NCBI GenBank assembly: GCA_964016885.1
Contig: OZ024743.1
Location: 124,372,001 to 124,436,000, forward strand
Source of the DNA: Eledone cirrhosa
Taxonomy: Eukaryota
Reading direction: 5' to 3'
Length of the DNA stretch: 64,000 nucleotides
Position 1 is the stretch's first letter. Every line of letters begins with the position of its first letter. Positions 1-12,587 of this stretch are shown piece after piece. The notes below the pieces were generated by a model, which saw only the letters and a program-made list of their open reading frames with translations, searched no databases and was not told where the DNA came from. Made by a program: the position numbers and the translations under genes.

Positions 1-198
1 TACGCTCAAAAATCGATACATTATATTCGATTTCGTCACATAGGGTGGGTCAATTTGAAATATTTTTTTTCCGATGTCTTCGCTAGGGCTCAATGTACAA
101 GTATAGCAATTTCGGTGCAATTCCGTGAGAGATTCTAAGAGGAGATGTGTGCCAAAAATCGATAGACAGACAGACAACCACAGTTTTATATATATAGA
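1..198 (-). mobile_element. 5' end of non-autonomous Helitron (continues off the window)
   Basis: Near-identical to 34984-35181, the TC-start end of the Helitron at 34231-35181. Confidence 0.75.
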
Positions 199-762
199 TT
201 TCACAAAGGCCGGACATATCCGAATTAGTATTTAACCCAAACTTGAATGAAGTACAAGCTGCTATCAAGCACCTGTCATCCAATAAGCTCCTGATAAAGA
301 TAGCATCCCACCTGAAATTTTTTAATATCAAATCCTGGTTCGTAAACTTCTTCGGCTATATCTGAAAATCTGGAAGGTCGAACAAAGGTAAAAAAATCTA
401 TCAGTGAAAATTCTCGCGGCATCTCCCTTCTCTGTATTGCTGACAATAGAAGACTTTTCTGAAACTGTATGTAAAATGCATACAATTTTTGTTCAAATTT
501 CAATGATAAAACCTTGTTTCTTAGTTAGGAACCGGCTCCTTCTTTTATTAATATAAAAATAATAGGAGAAATATAAAAATTAAAAAAAGGTAGAATTATA
601 CATATACATGTATACTGATAAATATCAGTACAACACACACACACATACACACACACACACATGTATGTATATATAGTTATATTTATATATACACACAACT
701 ATACATAAATATGCATGCCTATGTTCAAACATCCAAATACTAACACAACTGCAAAAGAAATT

Positions 763-867
<105 letters not shown>

Positions 868-1266
868 GACCCCTTAGCCTTTGTCAAGGCAGAATTCTAG
901 GAGAAGGAAAACTCTGATATAACACCTGCAACCCTGATGGTATCCAATGATGTTGACTCATTCTTCTTTTTGGTAAATATCATCTTGGGTTAAGAGAGTG
1001 GGACTGGCTTTGTGCAGTGCCTTTGCTCACTATAAAAGCTTCACAGCACAGGCATTGCTTTATATCTGGAGATCTCTCTGCACTTGTCGTCACATGGTAC
1101 CATGGGCCCAGCACTATGTGTCAATAATTGTCACAAGTGTAGTGTCTGTACCAGAGTTTTCAAGTCGCTGGTTGGACTAAAAAGTCACACTCGTTCAGCG
1201 CATCGGTAGGGGTTCTCCTACATGGATATAAAGTAGTGGCCGTACTCGAAAACGAGTTGGCAGCCA

Positions 1267-1316
<50 letters not shown>

Positions 1317-1538
1317 GCCTAGTGATTCTGTGTCCTCAGTCTAAGGTGGGGGGAGGGTCTAAAACGACCCAAGAAATCGTCCCTCCTCAGCAGACTAACA
1401 CATACTGATATCTTTATGATATCAAATTTATACAAGGAATGAGAAACACATTTGTTTAGGCAAAACTGTTAAGGCAAAACTGAGAGACACGGAATCAATT
1501 TCCCTATGTTTATCTCTACCTGCATTCCTACATATCAC

Positions 1539-1612
<74 letters not shown>

Positions 1613-1721
1613 CATATATATATGTGTGTGTGTGTGTATGTGTGTATAAGCGTATATAATGTGAGCAATTAAGGATGTTTATAAAAACACACACGCATAC
1701 ATACATACACACATACATACA

Positions 1722-2152
1722 TTATGCAGACCTGATGAGAAATCTGCAGATACTCCACCCTGATTACACCTTCAGATTTATTCCTGTGATTATTGGGGCA
1801 CTGGGGTATGTTAGTAACTGCCTCAATACAAATCTTGAGAAACTAGGCTTCACAGGAACAGAAAGAACACAACTAGTTAGGAAATTACAAGTACAATCCA
1901 TTAATGGAACAGTAAAAATATGTAAAACATTCCAAAAATTTTGCATCTAATAACTGCATATACACATGTACAGATACAAAGCATATACACGTGCACACAT
2001 ACAACCCAAAACATACACATCCACACATACAATAACATCCATATCTACACATGCAGACATGCATACATAATCTACCTAGTTGATGTGTCTATGTTAGAAA
2101 CCGACCCTCTCTCTATTGGGAACAAATTTGTGAAATTATAAAACCAGAAGAA
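1722..2152 (+). mobile_element. 5'-truncated copy of the R4/Dong-like LINE (ORF end plus 3' UTR) in a (CATA)n tract
   Basis: Encodes YADLMRNLQILHPDYTFRFIPVIIGALG...FQKFCI, near-identical to 46378-46833; ends aaaccagaagaa followed by catac repeats. Confidence 0.9.
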
Positions 2153-2565
2153 CATACAAACATACACACACATACATACATACATACACACATACATACA
2201 TACAAACATACACACACATACATCCATACCCACACACAGATACACACACACATATACATACATAATACATACATACAAACATACATGCATACATACATAC
2301 ATACGTAACCCTTATTTAATACAGGCTATAAGTAAAACTCTGTTGAATCAAACAATACTAAGTTTAGAAATATATTGAATTTTTACAGAGGCAAAAAGCC
2401 AAACTATTTGTACAGTAGAGATATAATTAATTAACTCCATTCAATTGATTCCAGAACAAACCTGGTATTTGTTGTAACGACCCAACAGATCCAAGATCCT
2501 TCTGTGATAGTTTAGTGGTTTCGTAATCGAACATTGAAGATTTGAAAATTTACCATGTATAAATT

Positions 2566-2596
<31 letters not shown>

Positions 2597-2826
2597 TTAA
2601 TACAATAACAGAGATAGCTTAAAGCTAAACTCTGACTGGTAACCATCTCAATCAACAAACATTAGGTTATATGTTAATATAAACCCAATTTAAGTGTTTG
2701 GGTGCTAACTATATGTATTATGTGGAAAGCCAGTTGTATTATTTTATGAGATATAATTAAAGTTAAAATATATCTCTCTTTCCAAACAATTGTTTTATAT
2801 ATATATATATATTTGTGTGTGTGTGA

Positions 2827-2878
<52 letters not shown>

Positions 2879-3047
2879 TCTCAGATGATCTTTCGATCGT
2901 ACCAAAGAAACATGCTGATGCAAGATATTTCGCTCCACCATTACTGTTCATATTTTCAATATAGTCTTTAGACGTGGAAGCTACATCAGTGACTCAAGAG
3001 CCTAGAGTTTAGTGCTGAAGCACCTATCCAAACAAAAACCAGACCTC

Positions 3048-3149
<102 letters not shown>

Positions 3150-3462
3150 GAGGTATATATATATACACACATAAGAATGTTTGTAGTTATAACTATTTTT
3201 ATATATGAATATTTGTGCCCATGAAAGTATATACGTTTGTTCATATACTGTGTAAACTTGGGTAAAATATTCATGTAACTTTTTATTGTTCATTTTTCAT
3301 TTTTTTTCCTCTGTTATATATCATAGATTATATTTATTATTATCATTGCCATTATTATTTTCTGCAACATGGCGTTAATTTGCAACCACCATGTTACATG
3401 GCTTCTCGAGTCGAGCAATCTTAGTTTAAAACAGGTTACCAGCTTGATTTAGTGAGCTTTCG

Positions 3463-3768
3463 TTACCGATAGTTGTTGTTCGGTGTTCGAGCTGTTCGTG
3501 GACTGTCATGCGTCTTTTCTTCTCTGGCTACAATTTCTTCATTGTTGTCATTAGTTGGCTGTTGATATAAGTCTGGTCTTTGTAACAGGGCACCACGATC
3601 TCGTTTTTGTTTGAATCTACCAGATCTAGAAATTGAAACTGTTCTTAAACGCTGGGTTTCTGAATTTTCTGGAAATTGGCGCCTGATTTCCTCAGGGATG
3701 GTATATTTGCCGTCAAGACTATTTGGATCTTTTTGTTTCTTTTTGAAATATTTTCTAATTGTTTCCAT
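3463..3768 (-). CDS. Small basic protein, PRR15/PRR15L(ATAD4)-like, 101 aa, single coding exon
   Basis: Non-repetitive ORF from ATG; RTVSISRSGRFKQKRDRGALL resembles the conserved (V/L)xVSRSGRFKEKRKVRATL motif of PRR15/PRR15L, recalled from memory; strong splice acceptor upstream. Confidence 0.6.
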   Translation of the reverse strand: METIRKYFKKKQKDPNSLDGKYTIPEEIRRQFPENSETQRLRTVSISRSGRFKQKRDRGALLQRPDLYQQPTNDNNEEIVAREEKTHDSPRTARTPNNNYR

Positions 3769-4120
3769 GCTTGATTGTTTTCTTTGATTAAGTAGAAAAT
3801 ATGAGGAATCTTATTTTTCTTTAAGACAATTGTTAATAATATACAGTGAATGTATGTATTTATAAGGGTGTTTCTTCGTTATTCGAGTAGAAGAAAAAAT
3901 AAGTCTGTTACAATTTTCTCTCAGATAATGGTTCAGTACTAAATATATAATATAAAAATATCAACAACAAAATTATATCCTATGCTTTTTTGTTTTGTTT
4001 TTACGAGTAATATGAAGGTTCAAATAAAGCAGGCAGACTTATGTTGTGATTAAGTGTACAGTGTGCTTTGGACTTGCATCATATTTTTTTCACATGTTCT
4101 TATTTCCAGTTGACAGCAAT

Positions 4121-4149
4121 CTGAAAGAAAAAAGGAAAAAAGAAATATA
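4121..4149 (-). promoter_or_regulatory. 3' splice acceptor (polypyrimidine tract + CAG) opening the exon containing the PRR15L-like ORF
   Basis: Minus strand reads tatatttcttttttccttttttctttcag|attgctg; the exon would start at 4120. Confidence 0.6.
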
Positions 4150-4214
4150 ATAAGGATTAAACATTTGTTTATATTTTGCAATTATCAACTATTTAAAGTA
4201 ATTGGATTAACAAC

Positions 4215-4545
4215 AATGGCTCCTGATTTAGGCACAAGGTCAACAATTTTAGGGGGGGGGGGGAGGAAAGTCGATTAAATCGACCCAGTACGTTACTGGT
4301 ACTTTATTTTATGGACGTCGTAAGGCTGAAAGGCAAAGTTAATCTCGGCAGGATTTGAACTCAGAACCTAATAAGTCGTAACTAAACGCTGCAAAGTATT
4401 TTATCCAACGCTTTAATGATTCCGTTAGTCCACCACCTTTTATAATGGCTTCTAACATAGACACAAGGCCAGAAATTTTGGGATAGGCTAAAGTCGATTA
4501 TATCGATCCAAGTACTTGATTGGTACTTTATTTTATTGACCTTGA
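4215..4545 (-). mobile_element. tRNA-derived Nin-domain-like SINE copies (one full, one partial)
   Basis: Reverse complement of B-box gagttcaaatcc, the cctttca..ccttacg..gtc.ataaaataaagtaccag core and the ccttgtgccta tail. Confidence 0.75.
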
Positions 4546-4549
4546 AGTC

Positions 4550-5970
4550 AAGGATCTCAAGGGTTTTGAGGAATGATGTAAGGCGTTTAGGGACGGTGCC
4601 TAGCGCCCTAGTTGTGATTGGCATGACTTCTGTCTCTACATGGTGATCATTTCTAATAGCGCTTGTAAGGTTTGCATACTTATTGATCTTTTCCAGTTCC
4701 TTTTAAGCCACATTGTGGTATTGAGGGACTGCAATATCGATTAGATTTCATTATGGGGGGTTGCTCGTTTTACAGCAATATCACTGCAGTTGTGTTGGGC
4801 ATAGCTTGGGGCCTTGATCTTGAGGTCCCAAAATAACTCTACTCCCTTACCTGATAGGGCAGGATTCAGGAGAAGTATATTCATAATGTTCAGATCCACT
4901 AGCAATATATGCCACAGATTCGTCTGCTTTATGGCGTACTCTGGGTAGCAATTTTGTCCATCGATGTTAGCTTTCACCCAATTGGTTCTGAGTGCCTTGT
5001 CTTGTGTGGTAGTAATAATAGCCTCAGTGCTGTTTTTAACCCAACCTGACCTAAGCCAAAGCCAAGACCTAGGATTAACAATGTCTTTAATGACAGCTGG
5101 AAATTTGCCATGAAGAGCGTTTTCTTTCCATGCCTGTTCTTGTTTCTCTCTAAAGGATTTTTGAATGCTTTCTTACCTTGACCGTTTGTTAAAAAGTCTT
5201 CCTTCAGAACTCCTCTGAGTAGTGGTTCTTGAGTTAATGTTAGTGAGTGCAACAGCTTGTGGGGCTATCTATGTACACAATGCTCAACTGAAATTAAACA
5301 TCTCCCACCTTCTTTTCTCTTAAGGTACAGCCTTGCAATATTTGCCCTTGGATGTAAGCACCCAGTTCATGTTAAGATATTGCATGTGCATCTATCAATT
5401 CTTTCAAGGTCTTGTTTCATCTTATCAACTATTCCAGCATTATACCTCACTATTCCTAAAGCCCATTGTTCTATTCCAGATGTTAGATTACCTGCATACA
5501 GTTTTGACTTGGACAATTTTCTCATTCTCCTGATATACTCCTTTTCAATCTTTTCCTTCATTTCACCTGTTCTAATTACTGTATCCTGCGACATGCCCAA
5601 GTATTTGTAACCTGTTTCTTCAATTATGACATTATTTCACCATCAGGCATTTCAATACCATCGATCTCAACCAATTTGCCCTTTTTCATTGACAATGTTT
5701 TGCCCTTGTCTAAACCATACTTCATGACTGTCTTCGGATACAATCCTCACTGCATGGTCAAGTGAATGAAGTTCTCTTTCGTTACAGCCATACATCTTTA
5801 AATCATCCATGGACAATAGATGGCTTTAGGCATGGGCTCTTTCAAGATGTAATATCTACAATTTGTTTCTCTAAGAACAAGAGTAAGGGGAATCAGTATA
5901 ATGATAAACAACAAAGGTGATAATGAGTCCCTTTGGAAAATACCTCAGCTGATGAGAACCTCCCTAGAAC
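4550..5970 (-). mobile_element. Degenerate R4/Dong-like non-LTR fragments (RT, thumb and RLE pieces)
   Basis: Minus-strand remnants such as IFQRDSLSPLLFI, MDDLKMY, YKYLG, KEYIRRMRKLSKSKLYAGNL, LFWDLKI and PITTRALGTV; many stops and frameshifts. Confidence 0.75.
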
Positions 5971-5984
5971 TTCATTACCAAAAA

Positions 5985-6120
5985 GGCAAAGCTAACCTCG
6001 GCGAGACTTGCCTTTCATTCTTGCGGGTCGATAAAATAAAGTACCAGTAACGTACTGAGGTCGATTCAATCGACTTTCCCTTCCCTTTCAAATTGCTGTC
6101 CTTGTGCCTATAGTAGAAAT
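5985..6120 (+). mobile_element. Partial Nin-domain-like SINE with (ATT)n tail
   Basis: gcctttcattcttgcgggtcgataaaataaagtaccag...ccttgtgcctatagtagaaa followed by (tta)n. Confidence 0.75.
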
Positions 6121-6149
6121 CATTATTATTATTATTATTATTATTATAA

Positions 6150-6500
6150 AATGTCTTCTGATTGATGTAACAATCCCAACTGACGGTATCATTTCTACCA
6201 AGGAAATGGAGAAACTATGCAAATATAAAGATCTAGAGATCGGAATTACCTGAATGTGGATGTTGAAGACAGAAACAATACCTATAATAATAGGTGCTCT
6301 GGAGATGATAAAAAAAAGCACGCAGACAGATACAAAACCCCAGAACTTACAAATATATACAGCTTAAAAAAAATAGCACTACTAGGCACCACACACATAT
6401 TACGAAGAATACTCTCAATACAATAGAATAAACAACACCAAAAACAACACTACACGTTTCCAAGGCGCACAGAACTGCGCTCGGTAATGCAATGATAACG
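6150..6500 (+). mobile_element. 3' fragment of a Dong-like RLE LINE
   Basis: LIDVTIP...KEMEKLCKYKDLEI...TETIPIIIGAL and ALLGTTHILRRILS are typical RLE C-terminal motifs; next to ATT/TAA repeats. Confidence 0.7.
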
Positions 6501-6517
6501 CGCAACATCATAATAAT

Positions 6518-7380
6518 TATTTCTACATTTGGCACAAGGCCAGCAATTACCCAGTACATTACTGGTACTTTATTTTATCGACCCCGTAAAGATGAAAGGC
6601 AAAGTTAACCTCGGCGGGATTTGAACTGAGAATAGCAAGGGCCATAACTCTATGCATCAAAGCATGGCGTCCGACCCTCTACCGATACTGCCATCATAAT
6701 AATGATGATTGTTTCTACATTTGGCACAAGGCCAGCAATTACAGTATATTACTGGTGCTATATTTTATCGACATAATAAGGATGAAAGGCAAAGTTAACC
6801 TCGGCGGGATTTGAAGTCAGAAAGTAAAGGGCCATAACTCTATGCTGCAAAGCATGGGATCTGGCGCACTACCGATACTGCCAATCCACTGGTAATAATA
6901 ATAATAATTGTTTCTACTTTTGGCACAAGACCAGCAATTAACCAGTACATTACTGGTACTTTATTTTATCGACCCCGTAAGGATGAAAGGCAAAGTTAAC
7001 CTCGGCGGGATTTGAACTCAGACCATAAAGGGCCGTAACTCTTTGCTGCAAAGCATGGCGTCCGACCCTCTACCGATACTGCCAATCCAATAAAAATAGT
7101 AATAATAGTAATAATAACGGTTTCATCCTAATCCACACCAAACAAAAAATAAACATACACCCACAAAATTATAAGTCTATAATATGCCTACCAACAACAT
7201 ATAAAGCCACCAAATCCATAATAATTGTTTCTACTTTTGGCACAAGGCCAGCAATTATCTAGTGTATTGCTGTTACTTTATTTCATCGACCCCGTAAGGA
7301 TGAAAGGCAAAGTTAACCTCGGCAAGGCCGTAACTCTATGCGTCAAAGCATGGTGCCCGACCCTCTACCGATACTGCCAA
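6518..7380 (-). mobile_element. Cluster of four head-to-tail Nin-domain-like tRNA SINEs separated by (TAA)n
   Basis: Copies at ~6518-6693, 6710-6890, 6908-7089 and 7225-7380 share tttctac.tttggcacaaggcc...gaaaggcaaagttaacctcggc...ctctaccgatactgcca. Confidence 0.85.
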
Positions 7381-8388
7381 ACCCATTAGTTACATACGTG
7401 AAAAATAATCAGAAAAAATGTATGGCTGTAAAGGCCAGCTACTGACGAATCGGGCTGTTAAAAATTGTAAAACGAAGAAACTTAACTTCAGCATAGCCTG
7501 GATTGACAAGACTTGACACGGAAGTAAGCCAGAGTGAAAGTTAAGGATGGTTCAAAAGCAGAAACAGGTTTGATTCTAGCTGCACGACATCAAAGTCTAG
7601 TGATAAACAAATGAAAGAATAAAATAATGAAAGTAGATCCTAACGTCAGCTGCACTCTATGCAACTCTAAATTAGCAGACCTATGGTCAAAAGCATTCCA
7701 GAGAGTATGTGTTCTTTTATATTTGAAGAGGATAATTTGCGATTTGAGGGAGATTTGGCTACTATTTCTAGCAGGTTCAGTGACTAGGTAAAAGCTCCAT
7801 AGTTGACTTGTAGGCCCGAAAAGCTCATATGCATTATTTTCTTTCTCAGATTAATAAATAATGTTTACTTTTTTATTGTAGGACTTAACGAGTCTACCAA
7901 AAAATACATTCATGTTGTCAGTTGTGAAGACATAACCGGTTACAATAAGCAGCTGCTTTCTAAAATATCTTTTCATAAGAAGGATTTCATATGTTGAACA
8001 TATTCTATCAAAATAGTTTTATGATTTACGAAAGAGCTGCTGTCATTAACAGCAGTTTTGTTTATTTATTTTTAATTTGTTATATAACTTATTTTAATTT
8101 CTAAATTTTTTTTTTGTTTCGTATGTTGGAGAAACTGTATGACGTTTTCTAATTTCTAAACATAACATTAAATTGAAATTTCTGGAATTTCAGTAAATGT
8201 AATGCAAATTATAGGCAGCAATTAGCAGAGTCGTTAGAACGTCGGATAGAACGTTTTGAGGCATTCAACCCAGCTCTCGACGCTCTGAATTAAAATCTGC
8301 CAATGTCAAGATCGAGATCGGTAAAAAAAGTACTAGTCCAGTACTGGGTCGATTCTTCTTATATATCTATTTCTCATTTCCTCTATAT

Positions 8389-8643
8389 CAGTCCAACCTG
8401 CGGCCCGCGAAACTTTCTGAATGGCTCACCTAAGTCATCTAAGTGAAATTTTTCTGATTTTTTTACCTCAACTTTTCAGTTGTAATTTATCTTTTTATCA
8501 TTTTTACGAGTGAAGAAAACAAAGTGTACGAATTCTGAAGAAACAAATCAAAACAACCTGAGTTACCACCCCCTTTTTTAATGTGGGCACGAATGTAAAT
8601 TAGCGCTTGCGGCCCGCTTCTCGAAAAAGGTTGCGCACGCCTG
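8389..8643. mobile_element. hAT-type MITE with 8-bp TSD
   Basis: ctctatat duplicated at 8381-8388 and 8644-8651; CAG...CTG termini; inverted ccaacct/aggttg and subterminal gcggcccgc motifs. Confidence 0.75.
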
Positions 8644-9305
8644 CTCTATATCATCTCTCTCCTTCTATGGAAGAAATCGGCTGGAGAGGAGATGGGCTCA
8701 GCGAGGTTTTACAAAAAATGGCCTAAGACATGCGCATGTCTCTACTGCACTTCTACGATTCCATCAGAAATCATGGGTCTATAGATACAATGCAAATTAT
8801 CATGATTTTACTGATGATGCTTTCATTATTGGAATGTGCACTGCTTTCACATTTAAATCGGTGCTTCTGCTACACGCACTAACATCCGAACTAAGCAAAC
8901 AGACAAACTTCCTTTAATATTTTATTTTAAATATCTGAATACAGAATTTAATAAAGAGAATAATAGGAAAATGTATTCTACGATAATTTTAAAACATTTA
9001 GAGAACTTCAGTATATACCATGTTCTTAACTGTTTTCCTTGGAGCATAGACGAAGAGTTTCGGGGGGGGGGGGACAACCTTTGCGGCGAACTGGTAGGAT
9101 AGTTAAAGCGTAGGATGAAATGTCTTGCGATATTTGTTACGATTTTTTGTGTACTGAGTTCAAATCTCGTCGAGATCAGCTTTGTCTTTCTTCCTTTTGG
9201 GCTCGTTAAAGCAACGTACCAGTTCATGGCATTGGATTAGCTAAATTGTTAGCCTTGGCAAACATGCATTGCGACATTGTTTTTGCTCTTTATAATCTGA
9301 GTAAA

Positions 9306-9518
9306 GGCGGTGGATTGGCAGTATCGGTAGAGCGTCAGACACCATGCTTTGCAGCATAGAGTTATGGCCATTCATGATCTGAGTTCAAATCCGCCGAGGT
9401 TAACTTTGCCTTTCATCCTTACGGGGTCGATAAAATAAAGTACCAGTTACGCACTGGGGTCGATTAAATCGAGTTTCCTCTCCCCCAAAATTGCTGGCCT
9501 TGTGCCTATATAAGAAAC
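9306..9518 (+). mobile_element. Full-length tRNA-derived Nin-domain-like SINE
   Basis: A-box tggcagtatcggtagag, B-box gagttcaaatcc, Nin-like core cctttcatccttacggggtcgataaaataaagtaccag, tail ccttgtgccta..agaaac. Confidence 0.85.
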
Positions 9519-9821
9519 TTTTATAATCTGAGTTTGTTTTTATAGTATACTTAATCCACCACCCAGTTTAATACCACCGCCTGCTCCATAGGTGCCTTTA
9601 ACAACATTACCTCTTTAGCAAGTATTCGGTTCTGAGGATAATGTCCTCCCTTCCTAGCACAAATATCTAAGGCCACGAAAATATATAGGTGCTACCCTTC
9701 CCTCTCTCTCTCACCAAACATTAAAAAACGAACAGAAACCCATTCAACTGATTGGCAAATACTCACTCACCAACAACTTTGAAAACCATAGCCTATCAAC
9801 ACACTCTCACTCACCTATCGA

Positions 9822-9872
<51 letters not shown>

Positions 9873-10004
9873 TTCTCTCTCTCTCTCTCTATCTATCTAT
9901 CTCTCGCGCGCGCGCCCCCCTCTCTCTCTTCAAAAAACAAATAAATTGATTCCAACTGAGTTAGTCTCCATTGGCTTGTCACGAATGGTTGCATGTTAAC
10001 CATA

Positions 10005-10033
<29 letters not shown>

Positions 10034-10039
<6 letters not shown>

Positions 10040-11029
10040 ATACTTTGGGAGGGTCATGTTGCCAATAAGAAACACACGCACCAGTTGCTTTCACTTCAAT
10101 TTATTATATATTTATAAATTTACAAATTTATAAATTTATAAATTTCTGGTTGGTTGGTTGATTCCACAACCAGATAGTTGTTTATATATAGTCATGTATA
10201 GATAAGAAATGTGTAACCTGTAAAATAAGCCCCCATATTAACTGTAAAACTAGAAATGTAGTATATAGCATAAGATGTACTGAAGGACAATGTAGAGACA
10301 AAAATATAGTGTACATAGGTGAGACAGCTCGTAGTGTATGGGAACGGATAAATGAACACTGGCGAGACCTTCAAGATAATAAAGAATCATCTGTACTCTA
10401 CCAACATGCTAAGATAGAACACAAGGGTAAATTAGAGAACATAGAAATAAAAATAGAATCTACACACAGAAAAGATGCAATGTTTAGACAAATTACAGAG
10501 GCAATAAACATAAAAGAATTACAACCAAAATTAAATAGAAAATATGAGTGGAACAGCAACATCACAACTTACAATTAAGGACAAAATGAAAACACACACA
10601 CACATAGAACAAACAACTAACCATGTAAATAAACAAATAGATAAATGAACATAAACACACACAGACACCCGGATGTGGCGCATGCGCAGACTGAGCACAC
10701 AACACACACACAGAAACAAAATGGCGTAGGACAGAACAAAGGAGAGGCACAGAAACAAAGAAAGGAATCCCCAGTCACTGAAGAGGTCACAGAGTGTGTG
10801 ACGAAAGAACTATGACTATATATAAACAACTATCTGGCTGTGGAACCAACCAACCAACCAGAAATTTATAAATTTATAAATTTGTAAATTTATAAATATA
10901 TAATAAATTGAAGTGAAAGCAACTGGTGCGTGTGTTTCTTATTGGCAACATGACCCTCCCAAAGTATAACAATATCGGTTTCAACACACGATTTCAGATA
11001 AAGAATCTTGCTAAACAAATTCAGAAACG

Positions 11030-11030
<1 letters not shown>
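10034..11030 (+). mobile_element. 5'-truncated Penelope-like element (GIY-YIG endonuclease 3' end plus pLTR) with an inverted 5' arm, in (TA)n
   Basis: Frame from 10192: CIDKKCVTC...NCKTRNVVYSIRC...VYIGETARSVWERINEH...EAINIKELQPKLN (stop 10578); 10034-10195 is the reverse complement of 10812-10974. Confidence 0.9.
10773..10817 (+). ncRNA. Type I hammerhead ribozyme in Penelope pLTR
   Basis: Stem I agtca/tgact, core CTGAAGA, stem II gtcac/gtgac, GAAA, 2-bp stem III, cleavage triplet CUA after 10812. Confidence 0.8.
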
Positions 11031-11079
<49 letters not shown>

Positions 11080-11432
11080 CCAGTCAGTTCTTCGGAGCAT
11101 GCTCTGAAGAACTGACTGGTTATAATTTTGTATTGGCGATCGAGTAACGTGAAAACAAGCGAATAGCGATCTCTAGACCTACCAGTTCAGAGAAACAATT
11201 GTCAGCAATGAGATTAAAAACCTTTTTTGTATTGCAAACCATGTCAATCTTCTTTCCTGATTTATTATTAGTCCAAGTGTTTACAACATAGGAATTACAG
11301 CATACTCGCAACATCACTATGAATACGCCTTGTTGAGTCAAACCAAGCCTAGCGTTGATATCATCCACTACCCGGAATACCATAACTGGACTACACCTAA
11401 GGGGACTGGATATAACTATTATTTGTTACCCC

Positions 11433-11464
<32 letters not shown>

Positions 11465-11466
<2 letters not shown>

Positions 11467-11760
11467 CGTTTCTGAATTTGTTTAGGAAGATTCTTTATCT
11501 GAAAACGTGTGTTGAAACCGATATTGTTATACTTTGGGAGAGTCATGTTGCCAATAAGAAACACACGCACCAGTTGCTTTCACTTCAGTTTATTATAAAT
11601 TTCCGGTTGGTTGGTTGGTTCCACAACCGGATGGTTGTTCATATATTGTCAAAGTTCTTTCGTCACACATTCGGTGACCTCTTCAGTGACTGGGGATTCT
11701 TTTCTTTGTTTTGTGCCTCTCCTTTGTTCTGTCCTACGCCATCTTTGTTCTGTCCTACAC
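11465..11760 (-). mobile_element. Second, diverged solo pLTR of the same Penelope family, with HHR at ~11647-11691
   Basis: Reverse complement of ~10730-11030, including cagtcaCTGAAGAggtcac...gtgacGAAAgaac. Confidence 0.8.
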
Positions 11761-12299
11761 ACACAAAAACAAGAGGTCTAATAAGACCGAAATACCTTGA
11801 TTACTTGCTGAAATCAAATTAAAATTATATTAGTTATTGAGCTATTTTCTTTTCTTTTAGACGATGTATAACGATTGTTGAATATTTCCCAACAATGCTA
11901 CAACTAGTGAGGCTTGCGACGGAAAATGTTAATTATATTACAAACCATTCTCTAAGATAATTGGTTCGTCACGGCTGAAACGGATTTGATCATATATTTA
12001 CTCTATCATAGCTGACCTGGGGCTAAATAACATCACCCTACAAAATACATTGTTTGTATTATGATCAATATGTGCGTAGGTGTAAAACAGCATTTGGCAG
12101 AAGTTAAACATAACAACATTTTAATAAAACGGTTTCCAATTTTGGGAAATTGATTATATATTAAACACATGACACTGTATAGAAATATTTATACACAGTA
12201 CTTGAATAAAACACGTGACAGTGTGTAGATGTGTGCGTATATATTGAAACGTGTTGTGTGTACTTAAAAAGGATTATTACAAAAATATATATAACTGGC

Positions 12300-12587
12300 A
12301 CTTCGTCGGTTACGACGACGTGTGTCACAGTTAATGCGATCAATAGAACAGACACGTCACGAAATTAACGTGCAAGTGGCTGAGTATTAACGTAGGTCTC
12401 AGGGAGATTCAGTGTGACACATAATATGACAATGATGGCTTCTCGAATTACAAGTAAAACTCATTTTTGCCAGCTGAGTGGACTGGAGCAACGTGAAATA
12501 AAATGTCTTGCTCAAGGACACAACGTGCCGCCGGGAATGAAACCCACGACCTTAGCCGAATACCCAAACCACTAAGCCATGTGTCTT
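12300..12587 (-). mobile_element. tRNA-derived SINE, second family (CORE/V-domain-like)
   Basis: Minus strand tggcttagtggt (A box), gtttcattccc (B box), gttgtgtccttgagcaagaca core; related copies at 26554-26670(+) and 41413-41730(-). Confidence 0.75.

Noticed and set aside
2877-2921. HHR-like catc-tcagatga-...GAAAcatgct-gatg between TA tracts
   Set aside because: Core is mutated (CAGATGA) and stems are weak; cannot be supported as a ribozyme
7442-7490. Isolated CTGANGA motifs (7443, 8812, 29229, 31599, 48358)
   Set aside because: No properly spaced GAAA with closing stems I-III; expected by chance
9306-9400. tRNA-like A/B boxes here and at many other sites
   Set aside because: SINE heads without a cloverleaf, followed by SINE body; not tRNA genes
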